Shown in pieces: positions 38,001-48,260 of a stretch of DNA of 64,000 bases (its first letter is position 1; every line of letters starts with the position of its first letter). A program made the translations under genes and the position numbers. The DNA is from Eutreptiella sp. 'Long Island Sound 2002' (lineage: Eukaryota; Protista; Euglenida). The stretch is from contig OZ038378.1 in the NCBI GenBank assembly GCA_964036045.1, positions 172,794,001 through 172,858,000 of the forward strand, given 5' to 3'. The notes beneath the pieces were generated by a model. That model was given only the letters and a program-made list of their open reading frames with translations. It was not told the DNA's origin and ran no database searches.

Positions 38001-40777
38001 AGTGTGTAGTATGTAGTGTGTAGTGTGTAGTGTGTAGTGTTTAGTGTGTAGTGTGGTGTAGTGTGTAGTGTGGTGTAGTGTGTAGTGTGTAGTGTGTAGT
38101 GTGTAGTGTGTAGTGTGTAGTGTGTAGTGTGTAGTGTGTAGTGTGTAGTGTGTAGTGTGTAGTGTGTAGTGTGTAGTGTGTAGTGTGTAGTGTGTAGTGT
38201 GTAGTGTGTAGTGTGTAGTGTGTAGTGTGTAGTGTAGTGTAGGCTCCGTCATCAATGATCTACTTATGCTGCCGGATCCCAGAGCGAAAACAGATGAAAT
38301 GGGTGCAGTGCAGTACAGTGCAGCACAGTGCAGCGGATGGTCTTTATAGTTTCTCATCAAAAACCAACAGCTGAACCGCCGTCCGTTCAGCATCATTCAC
38401 TATCCGCTGACCATCAGCCGTCGGTTGAACATCAAGCGCCGTCGCTTAATCACCCACATTAGTTGCCAAGCTCAGGGGGCTTTGCCTTCACCAGTGCGAT
38501 TGTGCGATGGTGAGCAGTGTTGGCGATTGTGAGCAGCAGGACCAACATTGCACTCTGACCCACAACAGTACACTTTTCCTCCCCGAATCCTGATAGTCAC
38601 CAACAAACTTGAGCAATCAGAGCACACCACACAAAAACAAAGCATTATGGTACGCCCCCTGCCCCGTGCCCCCTGCCCCCTGCGCAAGGCTGCCTACACC
38701 CACCCATCTCTCGACAGGGACGATCAGCCGGATGAATTTCACCGCCTGCGCCCTCCACGGCAGTTCCTGGGCCCCTGTGTCACCCCGGCCGGCGAGTCCA
38801 AGTACGAGACGAGCTACGAGAACCAGCGCTTTTATGTGGGCTCCGGGTGGAGGGGAAAGCTACACCCGACGGACCGGTACCAGTGGAGCGATGCTTCAGG
38901 GATGCAATACCGGCCTTTGAAGAGGATTGTCCCACCACAAGGATGGCACTGGGAAGGTGTGTTTCAATGCACACGAGGAAGGAAGGAGGCAGCGAGGCCC
39001 GGACCAGACATGCCAGGAGCAGGCGGCAGGAGAAATGAGTTTCTTCAGGAATCAGTCCCGTGCCACGTGCCACTCCCCGCATCCGACTCAGCAGGGCCCA
39101 GCTCTTTTCTATCACGTCTGATCTGACGGACAGTCGTGGCACGTCTGGCCCGAACGCACTGAGGATAGGTAAATAGAGTGGACGTTTGAGTGAGGAGCGG
39201 AGAGGGCGTGGGATCCGAGGAGGAAAGGGGGCGGAAGCAACGTAAGGATGGACAGCTGAAGGGCAGGGAGACCGGGAGGCAGGGAGGCGGTGAGGGAGGG
39301 AGAGCGAAGGAGGAGGAGCAGAAGGAGCAGGAGGAGCAGGAGGAGCAGGAGCTTTTGGTTTATCGGGGCTGGACTGAGTAGCAGCGCCAGCTGTGACTTC
39401 AGCCCACATTCTGTTGTGCTCCACCGCATAGGAATCTTATCCTCAGGCGTACAGAGCAGACGTGCTCTCCCAGCCAAAGAGACAGCCAAGTGGGACAATC
39501 ACCTGGTAGGTTGTGGCGAGGCCGCTCCAAAGTTGAGGCTCCCCATTCGGCCGGAGTCCGTGACCCACACCTGACTGACATGCCCACAGATGAGATGGGC
39601 ATAGGGCATGAGGAACTGAGCGTAGCCAGATGAATGACGAAGGCCGACTCAGTGCTCAGTGAGTATGATGTTGCCAAATGCCCGCATCCGTTGTGCGAGG
39701 CAAATGTCCTGCGAAGCACAAGGCCTCAGTGAAAAAGCATGTGCAGAGGCACCGCTGCATTCCCCATGGCTGGGAGAGCTGACGCAGGCAGACCACTACA
39801 GGGCTGCGCCCCCACGCTGCGGTGCACTCAGGGGCACAAGAGGATGGCACATCACCAGACATTTGCAGACACTTGACGGCTGTTGCAATCCAGCCTCCAA
39901 AGGCAGAGCATGCCTCACTCCATGTACACCTCTGGACGAGGGCACTGTGCAGGCCAGGCACGAGAAGGTGGGGGAAGGCAGAGGAGGGAGTGCCTAGCTA
40001 ACGTTCCGAAGGCAAAGGGGCCGTCCCCCAATCATGTGCCCAACGAGCGGACGGCCAAAACAGTGCCAGCCACAGCACGGCAACAGGGCAACGGTGCAAA
40101 ATGCAGAGCTCGAACAGACGCGGAGAGGACGGACCGCCAGGATGGGGCCCACTCGTTCCCAAATCGTGCGCGACGGAGAATGTGCCCTGGCCCTCCCCTC
40201 CCCTCCCTCCCTCCCCCCCTCCCTCCCTCTTTTCTGCCGCTCCTCCATTGCCTCAGGGGACTGGGAGGTAGAGATCTCTGCCAGCACGGACCCGGAGGGT
40301 TGGACCTACGCTATGGACTTCTTCGGCCGCTACCACGCCGAGCGCCTCGCCCACCATTTTGTGCGACGGCGGAAGTGGAAGCGGCGGTGCGTCCCCACGA
40401 CGCAGGGCACTGGGGTGGCCGCAGCATCCTCATCCTCGTCCTCCTCCTCCTCCTCCTCTGCCGCCGCCTCTGCCTCATCTTCCGGGTACTACCTGTCGCC
40501 CCTACACTCAGCCGGGCCCTCCTCCCGTGAGGTCTCCCCTTTGAGTGTCTCGCCGCTGCCGGGCAGCCCCTTACCCCCGTTTCTGAGCAGCGCACAGCCC
40601 CTTCCCACGGGCACGCTCTCACGGGGGTCGTCGAGGGCGTCGTCCCAGTTCGAGCTGGACGGGGACGAGTTCCTGACCGTGTCCCCGCTGGAGCCCCAGG
40701 CTGCGTGGAACGCCGCCACGGCCGCCACGCCGACGCATGGAGGGCAGTCGGAGTCTGCCAGCACGCAGCCGCAATGA
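1618..40777 (+). CDS. VPS13: VPS13-family bridge-like lipid transfer protein, 3' partial model. Exons: 1618-2024, 3693-3976, 4305-4478, 5864-6188, 7081-7307, 11336-11634, 25864-26151, 28341-28764, 31194-31491, 32435-32584, 37212-37368, 38718-38956, 40257-40777. About 1263 aa: VAB repeats, APT1/ATG2_C-like region, DysF, Ser-rich tail
   Basis: All 12 introns are GT-AG and phase-compatible (1,0,0,1,0,2,2,0,1,1,2,1), ending in TGA at 40775-40777. The joined protein shows VPS13 motifs in the expected order: ILVNHTPWRMEI, PPYLLENRT, AVSLIQ..RELAYLS, VQLDDQS, VGNPIGLLKNISGGV, KGLVGLVMKPSVG, RLRPPR. Confidence 0.93.
3693..3976 (+). CDS. VPS13: VPS13 exon 2 (VAB region)
   Basis: ttttctgcag| acceptor, phase 1 matches exon 1; TGGCAG|gtatcc donor; encodes KLLVINQTEFPL and LSVRIGHKNSAW. 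Confidence 0.87.
4305..4478 (+). CDS. VPS13: VPS13 exon 3 (VAB region)
   Basis: ttgcgcag|ATTGAC, GAG|gtgtgt; phase 0/0; encodes QVMRILPFCILVNHTPWRME. Confidence 0.87.
5133..5319. mobile_element. hAT-like MITE (CAGGGCTCCTTTT family)
   Basis: Perfect 13-bp TIR; interior shared with 17494-17740; no TSD recognisable. Confidence 0.68.
5864..6188 (+). CDS. VPS13: VPS13 exon 4 (VAB plus first SAP/HeH-like motif)
   Basis: cctttcag|ATCCGG, CTCG|gtctgt (phase 1, matches exon 5); encodes MYFQIRCPDLDSRWSAYCNVGEI and SLRELKQRLMVLGVDY. Confidence 0.82.
6400..6790 (+). repeat. Interspersed repeat family; homologue at about 27935-28280, and related 90-bp near-identical pieces at 15815-15905 and 55568-55656
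   Basis: Shared blocks CAAGTGGACATCC..GGCCCAACAGC, CACCTGGCCAATGC, GGCACTAGG..GAGAGGCCAATGG, GGCCAATA(G/A)GCGCC. Confidence 0.7.
6853..8054 (+). repeat. Two direct copies (6853-7008 and 7878-8054) of a roughly 160-bp repeat flanking VPS13 exon 5
   Basis: Shared GGCCTCGTCTGCAT..CGTTGCTGTCAC, CAGCCAAATGCCTGG, TGATCCGGAACCCCCTGGCCCTGTGCCACAC. Confidence 0.85.
7081..7307 (+). CDS. VPS13: VPS13 exon 5 (second SAP/HeH-like motif)
   Basis: ctcctgcag|GCAC, CAG|gtgcgt; phase 1 in and 0 out, bridging exons 4 and 6; GC3-rich. Confidence 0.8.
8488..11208. repeat. 13-bp minisatellite (TATACTGTTGCTC/G)n, about 209 units
   Basis: Direct reading of the sequence; degenerate tail extends to about 11255. Confidence 0.97.
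11336..11634 (+). CDS. VPS13: VPS13 exon 6 (last VAB repeat, PPYLLENRT)
   Basis: ttttgcaaag|GTGGCT, TTGAG|gtgcgt (phase 2); encodes PPYLLENRTIYPFLVSQ and FCWESP. Confidence 0.9.
13048..13362 (+). CDS. Nested gene exon A
   Basis: ATG start, TAC|gtcagt donor; strongly GC3-biased. Confidence 0.78.
13048..19512 (+). CDS. Hypothetical protein gene nested in VPS13 intron 6. Exons: 13048-13362, 14449-14778, 16189-17145, 18397-18663, 19204-19512. About 725 aa: two repeats of an unrecognised domain, Ala/Pro/Glu linker, degenerate EF-hand pair
   Basis: ATG at 13048 (acgATGG) with an in-frame TGA at 13024 upstream. Four GT-AG introns, all phase 0, join into one open frame ending in TAA at 19510-19512. 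Codon usage is GC3-rich like the VPS13 exons, and no VPS13 motifs were seen. Confidence 0.78.
14449..14778 (+). CDS. Nested gene exon B
   Basis: cctctcag|GAC, CAG|gtccgg; phase 0/0. Confidence 0.8.
16189..17145 (+). CDS. Nested gene exon C (Ala/Pro/Glu-rich)
   Basis: ttgcccgcag|GTC, GAG|gtgcgt; phase 0/0. Confidence 0.78.
17494..17740. mobile_element. hAT-like MITE (CAGGGCTCCTTTT family)
   Basis: TIR C(C/A)GGGCTCCTTTT; 8-bp TSD CTCAGCCA / CTCAGCAA; interior homologous to 5133-5319. Confidence 0.75.
18397..18663 (+). CDS. Nested gene exon D
   Basis: ctttgtacaag|GTC, CAG|gtgctc; phase 0/0. Confidence 0.7.
18690..23017. repeat. Scattered (TG)n and (TGTGCC)n microsatellites at about 18690-18795, 18857-18885, 19130-19200 and 22985-23017; also 32200-32330 and 40853-40890
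   Basis: Direct reading of the sequence. Confidence 0.85.
19204..19512 (+). CDS. Nested gene terminal exon E (EF-hand-like pair, stop)
   Basis: cttgtgcag|TGG; encodes LDRDQFGAMYERLYGRALTEQQLEATFRLAEAEGQGPRAFMDLLKYL; TAA at 19510. Confidence 0.78.
   Translation, partial: WMQQWSAKGKPNGDGKLHTAIAAHAEIWGRAKLPTFDGEAALDRDQFGAMYERLYGRALTEQQLEATFRLAEAEGQGPRAFMDLLKYLEKVTAQRKGDLAHF
23247..23656. mobile_element. TA-flanked (Tc1/mariner-like) MITE
   Basis: TA|CCGGGGGGGG ... CCCCCCCCGG|TA. Confidence 0.55.
24759..25051. mobile_element. GGGGG-ended MITE with 3-bp TSD
   Basis: TIR GGGGGCGT / ACGCCCCC; AAA on both flanks; GCGCTGTGC-type repeats in direct orientation at both ends. Confidence 0.65.
25864..26151 (+). 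CDS. VPS13: VPS13 exon 7
   Basis: atttcacag|C acceptor, phase 2 matches the exon 6 donor; CTCAG|gtatgt; encodes LAVSLIQTSPKLRELAYLS. Confidence 0.9.
27539..27926. mobile_element. GGGGG-ended MITE with 3-bp TSD
   Basis: [11 protein letters not shown] / ACTCCCTC (7 of 8); TSD GTA; interrupts an AAGGTAAG simple repeat that rejoins when the element is removed. Confidence 0.65.
28341..28764 (+). CDS. VPS13: VPS13 exon 8 (APT1/C-terminal region)
   Basis: ctacctacag|T phase 2, CAG|gtatgt; encodes VQLDDQSDLTPHFQVVF and PLNVQLHEDFVEKL. Confidence 0.9.
30186..30689. mobile_element. hAT-like MITE
   Basis: Perfect 11-bp TIR CAAGCTAGTGC; perfect 8-bp TSD GACGTGGC; internal (GCAGCATGCC)n clusters at about 30200, 30292 and 30623. 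Confidence 0.85.
31194..31491 (+). CDS. VPS13: VPS13 exon 9
   Basis: aatccacag|CTC, TCAG|gtatcc; encodes LVGSSHFVGNPIGLLKNISGGVAGIFVKP. Confidence 0.92.
32435..32584 (+). CDS. VPS13: VPS13 exon 10 (ATG2_C-like)
   Basis: ctcttatag|GA, AAAG|gtccga; phase 1/1; encodes FFSGVADGIKG. Confidence 0.85.
32666..33225. mobile_element. TA-flanked MITE
   Basis: TA|CAGGGGGGG ... CCCCCCCTG|TA; internal duplicated AATCCAGGGG..TCCGCGAAATTT motif. Confidence 0.6.
34148..35986. repeat. 8-bp satellite (TGCATCTT/TGCATCAT)n, about 230 units
   Basis: Direct reading of the sequence. Confidence 0.97.
37212..37368 (+). CDS. VPS13: VPS13 exon 11 (ATG2_C-like)
   Basis: ctccgcag|GT, GAA|gtgtgc; phase 1/2; encodes GLMKGLVGLVMKPSVG. 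Confidence 0.88.
37994..38242. repeat. 7-bp tandem repeat (TAGTGTG)n, about 35 units
   Basis: Direct reading of the sequence. Confidence 0.95.
38718..38956 (+). CDS. VPS13: VPS13 exon 12 (RPPR motif plus DysF N-half)
   Basis: ctcgacag|G, GAAG|gtgtgt; encodes YENQRFYVGSGWRGKLHPTDRYQWSD and PPQGWHW. Confidence 0.9.
40257..40777 (+). CDS. VPS13: VPS13 terminal exon (DysF C-half plus Ser-rich tail, stop)
   Basis: ttgcctcag|GG phase 1; encodes DPEGWTYAMDF and VRRRKWKR; TGA at 40775-40777. Confidence 0.9.
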
Positions 40778-40849
40778 CGATACGGGACTTTGGGGCGGAG
40801 GAATATCCAAGCCAGCCTTCGAACAGGCCAAAGGGGGATTGGGTGCTAC

Positions 40850-40894
<45 letters not shown>

Positions 40895-43800
40895 ATCTCG
40901 ACATCGCTTGGTCCGGCAGTTGGGATCGGCGGTTAGCTAACCGCGCTTGGTGGTCAAGCTGATGGTTAACAGATAGTGAATGATACTCAATGGACGGCGG
41001 TTGGGCGGTTGACGGTAGTTGATGCTCCAATGCGCGTTCTTGAGGTCCTCGCGCACGGTTTTTTTTTTTGTTGAAGACCGTCCTGTGAAGAGGCTGCTTG
41101 GGTACCACACCAAAAAATGTTCGGTTTCTGCGGTCATCTTCAACCACCAAATCTTGTTATATATTTGTGGATAGAATCGAACCCCATCAACAATGGCACA
41201 GCAATACAGAAATGTATTTGACACATGCATAAACCAAGTGGTACGTCATACCGGATCACACAGACAGTTGAATCCCCGCCCCCTGCCCCGCCCTCCCACA
41301 CACCCCACCATTGTCCAGTCTTTTTCAGCACAAGAGCCACAGATAAGAACGGCAGCACAAACCAGGTCCGATGCACCCACGACCCACACTGATCTTTTGT
41401 TCAAGCCACAATTAGATTTGATGGATCACATCGCTTTGTAATTGCTCACTGTCGAACCTGTAAGTATGTGATAGTTTCCAAACATGTCGCCGAAAGCGTG
41501 CAATGTGCTTGTTCATTGGGAGCTGGGACCCGCTGTGGGTCGGATTCAGTAGGCAGCACCCTCCACTCCACGTGGATGGCCAATCTTCCCACTTTGTCGC
41601 ACAATGGCCATCACGCGGATCAGGATACGCAAGGGCCTAACCAACGGGACACATCCCAGAAATGGGTGCCAATGACCCAAACCACCAGCGACGACAGTGG
41701 CTTGGGGAGGTGGGTGTGCAGAAAGTCTGCCAGGACACTACATTGTCGCTGGACGATGGCATGAAATGCTGGGCAGCAAATCCACACTAATGGCAGGGAG
41801 CGTCATATGGCAGGGATAACCAGAGTCAACTGCATGGTGACACACCTGGCAAATGCACAATCTGAAATGGCCCCTGTTGTCTGAGTGGAGCATACTCAAG
41901 CCTGTGGCTTCATGAGCTGTAGATGAACAGGGGGGCTGCATTAATGAGTGCTGGATGGGACAGGTGACAGGACACTGCAAGGGGCCACATTCCACGCACA
42001 CCCCCCCCCCCCTTCCCCGCTGCTGCCCTTGTGCAGGCCCTCAACCCTGGCACAGCTCATCATGCGGGTGCACGGAAGTTGGTCTCCCGCTGACTCCTTT
42101 GGAGCACGCACTGCGCGCATTGTGTACAATATATCCTCGGAATGCTCTCCTAACCACTGATGACCACGGGGCACCCGTTGCTTCAGTGCTCTTCAGTACT
42201 CACCCCTTTCAGTCCTGCCCGCCATTGTATATCTGTTGCCATTGCATCACATTTCGGTTGTGTCGCCTTGGTGCAGCGCACGATGTATCTTTATGCTTTG
42301 CAGCCTGACACAATGCCTTTTGCACTGCTATCTAAACACTCTGAGGCTCTCTAACTTGGGCCACTGATCTGAGGTCTCGAACACTGGTAGTCGAGACTGT
42401 TGGACGAATGGCACATGTCCTGGATGTCAATGAATCCTGATCCTGCCCATGACCCCCAAGGTTTTTGCTTGAAAGGGGGACAAACGCCCCCCTCCCCCCC
42501 CTCCCGCCCCCTAGGCACGTTGTCAATTCCCGTGCAATCCCCCATAAGTGTCCTCCAGCCGTTCTGTGACCGCCAAGATTTGTGCCCCAACTGCTTTGTC
42601 AATGGCGAGTAACCACTTAATATTGGGTATTGAGACACCCCAGCAACGTCTTTTTGATTCAAGTGCAGTGCTGCCCTGCCACCTTAGGTGCCATGTGTGC
42701 TAGCCATAAATTTTGTCTAAAAAGGGAGTAAGCACCCTGTGTGCGCCATTTCTGGGGTTGCTGTGTGCACTACGTGCTCTGTTTCCAAACCTCCGTTTTC
42801 CTATCTGTAGATATATGCATATCATGTGTTCCTCCTTTTCCATGCGTTTGTGGGTCCCCATCTGGCAAGGATTATGCGGGGGAATATTTGACGCAGTGCA
42901 CATGGAAATCAAAGTGCGGAAGACCGTGCACAACCACGGCCTATTTTCAAGCCTTTTCAATACTCCACTGAAAAGTATCTTACGGGGCTGCCTAATTCCG
43001 AGGTTATCTCATGACCCCCCCCCCCCCCTGTCTCAGCTACAGCCTTGTCTAAGCTACAGTAGGTGTAGGGACCATATTGATTGCGTACTTTTGCGTAGCT
43101 TAGACAGGGAGGCGGGGGACTGTTGCCAAACCATGGCAAATTCATCAAAAAAAGTGTCGAGCTCTCCCAGAGCAATTGGTTGGTTGGTGGTCACCATGCA
43201 CAAATGTTGGAGAAATGGCTACTGTTGGAATCATGAATTTTTCGTGGTTCCTTGCAGCAAACGAGGCTCTTGGCGGTGTGGTTTGGGCCAAGCAGCCCCA
43301 CCAGAACAATACCTGTGGAACACCAGATTGCCCCCTGCATCCAACCCCTGCCTTGCACTCAAGAAATTGAAGGTTGCATATGCCCTGGAATGGAGGGCTG
43401 TGTTTTTTCCCAGTTGCCTGGCCCTTTCTACTCATGCATCCAGGCTGCACCTGTGCACCTATTGGCCCTGGTGCTTGCACCTCAGTGGACCAAATTGGAA
43501 ACCGCCAATGACAGTGTCAAACACGTTCCCTCTGTATGCCTAGGTAGATAGCAGGAGGGAGGGCAGGAGGAAAAGATGTCAGGCAATGTACAGTAGGCAT
43601 TAGTGAAGATTTGTTTTTGCAAGCCCCTGACCACCGTACCATCTAATGTTGGTTGCTGACGTCACAGCCCAGGGTACACATTGCGTAAGAGGGAGTGAGG
43701 AGAGGAGGGAGTCAGGGAAATCGTGATGGAGGGAAAGAAGGGGGTGAGGAAGGGAGGCAGGTGTGTGGATGTGGATGGTGTTTCGTGCCGTGCTCGACCT

Positions 43801-45152
43801 GCTTGTTTTCTGGGTCTCATTGGGCCCTTGTTGTCAAAGGGATCACAGGGAGACAACCCCTTTTGTACAATCACCCCCCCCCCCCGCCAGTCGGTGCTTT
43901 TTTGCTCGTCACTCTGAGGAACCCAGTGTTAGATCCAGGCTGTTCAACGACCATCCCTTGGAACACAGTTTTTTGGCCCTAAAGGATTTCCTATAGACCA
44001 CCAATGGCGCACTGATTGAATTTTTGGATGCTTGAAAAATGCCCCTCCCCTCAGGCTATGCATACTGACTGGGTTCATGTTGTTGGACGCCCCCTTCCCC
44101 CCATTGCCCAAGCACAGCCTTGTCCAAAGCACGGCAACTGCACCTACGTAGTTTTTTCCTGACCGCTGTTGTTGTGGTCGAGAAGTGAGAAGTGTATGTA
44201 AGCTCACAACAACATTTTGCCTCGGGATGCAACCAATGCTGCGCATGCTGAGGTGAACCGCCCTGAGTCCCCATTCCACTTGAACCCTGTGGCAAAGCGG
44301 CTCTTTGTTGCGCATCAGCACGGCCTTGTCCAAGCCAGTGATACCCGTCTGACCCTTTTGACCCTGACTTTCGCCTGCCTCCACAAGGGGGGGGGGGGGG
44401 CTTCAGTGACATGGAGAGGCGGTTCTGGAGGGCACCTGAACAGCGGGTGCCTATCTGTTGTGCACGGGTAACTGATGTGGGTCTGTCACTCCTCAGATCC
44501 CTCTTTTGACACTTGTGTCTGACCAAACTGTGGCAAAGCTGCTTGAGGGTGTCGGGTGCATGCGTCTTGCATTAGCAAGTTGTGTCTGGGCAAGGATAAC
44601 CTGGAGGCCCACACATGCCACCTCTGTTGCATCCCGCCTGCCTGGGGCAACAAGCAACCTGCGAAAATGGCACACCCATTGCTGCGTCACATAAGAAACC
44701 AAAAATCGGCATCCTTCATAAAGATGGTCCGTGTATGTTGTGGGACGCAGGCTTGAACAGTTACGCCGGTTGAACAGTTGTGCCATGTGCATCCTTCAAT
44801 GGCCATGCAGCAGCCATTGACACCTTGTTGCAAGGGGTAGCAGAAGTACAGGCTGCCGGATGTGATCGCAGAACAGCTTTAATGCTTTGGCCTAGGGGAA
44901 AAGGTTTGCTAGGGTGGGGGGGTTCATTTGAGCCCCCCTACCCCCCCTGACAGTGTGGTGATTGGACATCGCAGTACTGTTGGACTAATGGCTGGAATTG
45001 TCTATGGCGGGGACATTCAGTCTATCGGAACTGACCATTGATCCCCTGACAGTGTGGCAGTCTGAGGACCAGTCCAGGCTGGAAGTGACCCTGGTCCCAT
45101 CACCAGAAGGGTGGACAACACAAAGGTCATCAATGAAACGCAGAAATGCATA

Positions 45153-45679
45153 CCCTCCCCCCCCCCCTTGTCGTTCCCCACCCCTTGTCGTTCCCCGGGG
45201 GGGGGGGGGGGTGGGGGACCGTCACTTGGTCAACCCAAAATTTTTCGTTGCAGCTCATTGTGTTGTTGTTGGGTGACTGTGTTGTGGGTCACTACCACTT
45301 GCATCCCTTGCACTCATGGCAGGACATTTTGCTCACTTTCGCTGAAATGGAACTTGATAGCACAACCATGTTTCCCCCTGGGACAAATGTGATGTTCATC
45401 CGCTCCAACGGGGAACCTGTTTTGGCGCGGGTCGTTGGACATTCAGAGCACGGTGATGCATATCGCCGCATCACTTATGACCGTGATGGCAAGACCGTCT
45501 TGCACGACCGTGCGTCTGTTCGGCGCCTCTCACTGCCATGTGCTCCCTCTCCGCCCCGCCCTGCCCTGGGGGTGTGGTCCCCCAGGGGGGGGTGGGGGAC
45601 CGTCACTTGGTGACCATCCCCCAGGGGGTGGTGGGGGACCGTCTTCCCTGGGGTGGGGAACGACAAGGGGGGGGGAGGG
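45153..45679. mobile_element. TA-flanked MITE with long TIRs and a captured coding module
   Basis: About 28-bp TIR CCCTC(C)nTTGTCGTTCCCCACCC; TA on both sides; repeated GGGGGACCGTCACTTGGT motifs. Confidence 0.8.
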
Positions 45680-47676
45680 TAATTTAACAACATACCGTGG
45701 GTGCATTAATTCATAATTAATTCATAGGATCCCAGAATGAGATTTGCCCATGGCAGGACGCAATTGGTGCCCATGGCGAAGCCGTGGTGTTGACGCTAAA
45801 TGCCCCTGCTTCTGGCCTGAAAAATGACATGTGTGCAAATTTAATTCAGTAGAATTTCGCCCCTGGACATCAAGGGATGGTGCAACACCGTAGCAAATGG
45901 GAAATGCATCAGTAGCAAATGGGAAATGCATCAGCAGCGCTGTGAATGCATCCTCATTGATAGGAGCAATCAGCCAGTCAACAAATTCCACTTCGCTCGG
46001 TGTGAAAATACCGTGATGTTTGCTGTGATTGCACCAAAAATTTCCCCAAAACGTAAATGCCTGAGAGACATCAGACCAAAGAAAAATTGAAAATTGTGTA
46101 TAGTGCAGTGACGTGGATGGATGTAGCTGCCCAGGCAGTGCCTGAGTTTTGTGAATCATGTGAGCACATTTGTAGGCGGGTTCCAAAATCTAGTGTTGGA
46201 AAGGGGCGTCGCGAGTGGATGGATCTTGGCATCTAATTTTAGGTACAGGGTGCCCAATACATTGAGGACACTGGATGCGGATGTTGTGCACCAAGGTGTT
46301 AAGCCCACAATTGGGCGCGAGGCCCAGCGGTCATTGCGGGTTCAGAACCTCCTTCCTTGTGGCTTTTAGCCGAAAATAAAAATTTGCCAAATTTGGTGGT
46401 GGTGGTGGTGGTGGTGGTGGTGCAATAAATTTTCATATGACGTGCGCAAGACTCGGCGGGATGAAAGTGAGAATGAAAATTTGCAATTTAGACTGCCGAG
46501 ACAAGGCTTGGGCCTCCCATAAATCTCGTGTGTCCCTGATAGCTCGGGGTCCTGTTCGGTGATTTTTCAACTCCCAAGATCACAACACCCCAATCGCCTT
46601 CCAAAACGCTGGGTTGTATCTCCACGGTCAACACGCAGGCGCACAAGGAGAGAACGCAGAAGTGGTGTCGAAGGAGAGAGTGGAGAGAGAGCGGCGTCGA
46701 AGGAAGAATGGCCGTGAGAACACTTGATCATTCAAATATGTTTTTTGACATGAATGAATTGCATGATACAAAATCCCCGAACCGTCCCATCAAAACACCA
46801 CAAGGGGATGTTTTAGAGCCCGCTTCCAAATAGTTAGAGTTGTTGATCAATTGTGGTCCAAGCCACAAAAATCAAAGCGTGTGGCGACAGGGGTGGGGCA
46901 AGGCGCAGGACTCGTTCCTCCCCTACCGCAGCTGCCTTGGTAGGGGTAGGTCATACCTAACCCACACCCAAAGCCGGCCCTGTCACTGACCCATGACCTG
47001 CTATGTGCACTCTCGATGGACACTTGGTGGAACGAGTTAAAAAACAACAAAAACAAAAATCAAAGCGTGTGGTGTTGCAAAGACTTGTTATTGCTGGCAA
47101 TCAATGATAGACAGATCTTGTCCGGCGTGGCATTGCGTGGCATCCGCATTTCTTGTTCTTTACCCCCTTCTTGTGTAAATTTGTGGTGATAAGTACGGAT
47201 AAGGACTCCAATTTCATGCTCATGTCCATAGACGCGTATTTGAAAGAATTAGATGGTAACATGAGAGGTATGCACAAGACCGGAGGTCCAATCAATGAAT
47301 GTTTGGCATCACGGGTGCAAAATTTTGGTGGGGTTGGGGGGTAGGTAGGTGGTGTGGCTATTTGGCACTTAGTGATAGATGGAGAGTGACAGATGGAGCT
47401 GATGGCCAAGTGCCGTAGTGCAGCGCATGTTTGTAATGGACAGTAACAGATGGAGATGGCACTGGCACTGACAGTGATGGTAACAGTTACAGGTTTAGTG
47501 ACAGTGGCAATTTGTTGCAAATTGGAATGTGTGTTTCCATGTTTTTGTCTTTCGCTCTCCTGCTCTCCTGCTATAGACCTCCCTTTGTTCTTGGTTGTAC
47601 ACAAAGGGGGAACGTTAGCGCGCCGGGCGCGCGCCGGGCGCGCGCCGGGCATCTTTTGTGACCCGTGCCCTACCGG

Positions 47677-47976
47677 TGGATTGTTGCCGTTGATATGTTG
47701 GGCAACATTATATGGATTTGCCCCTTGGCCCCCGGGACATCAGCAGATGTTTTGATTTGGGATGGGTATGGACCTTCTCGTACCCGAGGTGATTTCTTTG
47801 ATTTTGAAGTTGGGGGCCATGATGGTGCTTATAAGGGCCGGATTCATGTCATTGTGCCATTCATTGGAAGAAAGAATGGCGCTTTGACAGCCCGCCAACA
47901 ATGTTACAATGACGAGCACGGGTGGTATAGGGCACGCATTGAGCAGCTGTTTGCTCGGTTGTGGCACGCAAGATGA
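47677..47976 (+). pseudogene. Harbinger/IS5-family DDE transposase C-terminal fragment
   Basis: IVAVDMLGNIIWICPLAPGTSADVLIW..HDGAYKG..VPF..LTARQQCYNDEHGWYRARIEQLFARL matches the PGSxHD / D-x-GY / YN..R..IE..F..L pattern of DDE_Tnp_4. Confidence 0.82.
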
Positions 47977-48105
47977 GGCAGAGGATGAGGCATAAGTGTG
48001 TGTGTTGTGTTGCCAGAACGCTCCACCGTCGCAGTTTGTGATGAGTGTAAGGAGCACTATTGTACTGAATGTATTGACACCCACACTTGTGGGACCAATG
48101 TTATG

Positions 48106-48260
48106 ATGCAGCTCCACTGTTCGCGATACCTCAATAACGCCTATCGCTTCTACTGGAGATCGATGCGGTTGTGCTATCCTAACCCCCCATTCTCCCAACT
48201 TGCTAAGGTGTTGACCAAGATTGCCCTTAAAGGAGCGAGAGTGGTCTCGTGTACCCCAGT
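48106..48260 (+). pseudogene. Dam-like N6-adenine methyltransferase fragment (DIRS-type MT domain)
   Basis: HCSRYLNNAYRFYW..LCYPNPPFSQLAKVLTKIALKGARVVSCTP; NPPF at 48181-48192. Confidence 0.65.

Noticed and set aside
42713-43543. 276-aa ORF in the intergenic region
   Set aside because: No codon bias, splice context or recognisable motif, and it spans a small MITE at about 43015-43098. Probably decayed repeat sequence.
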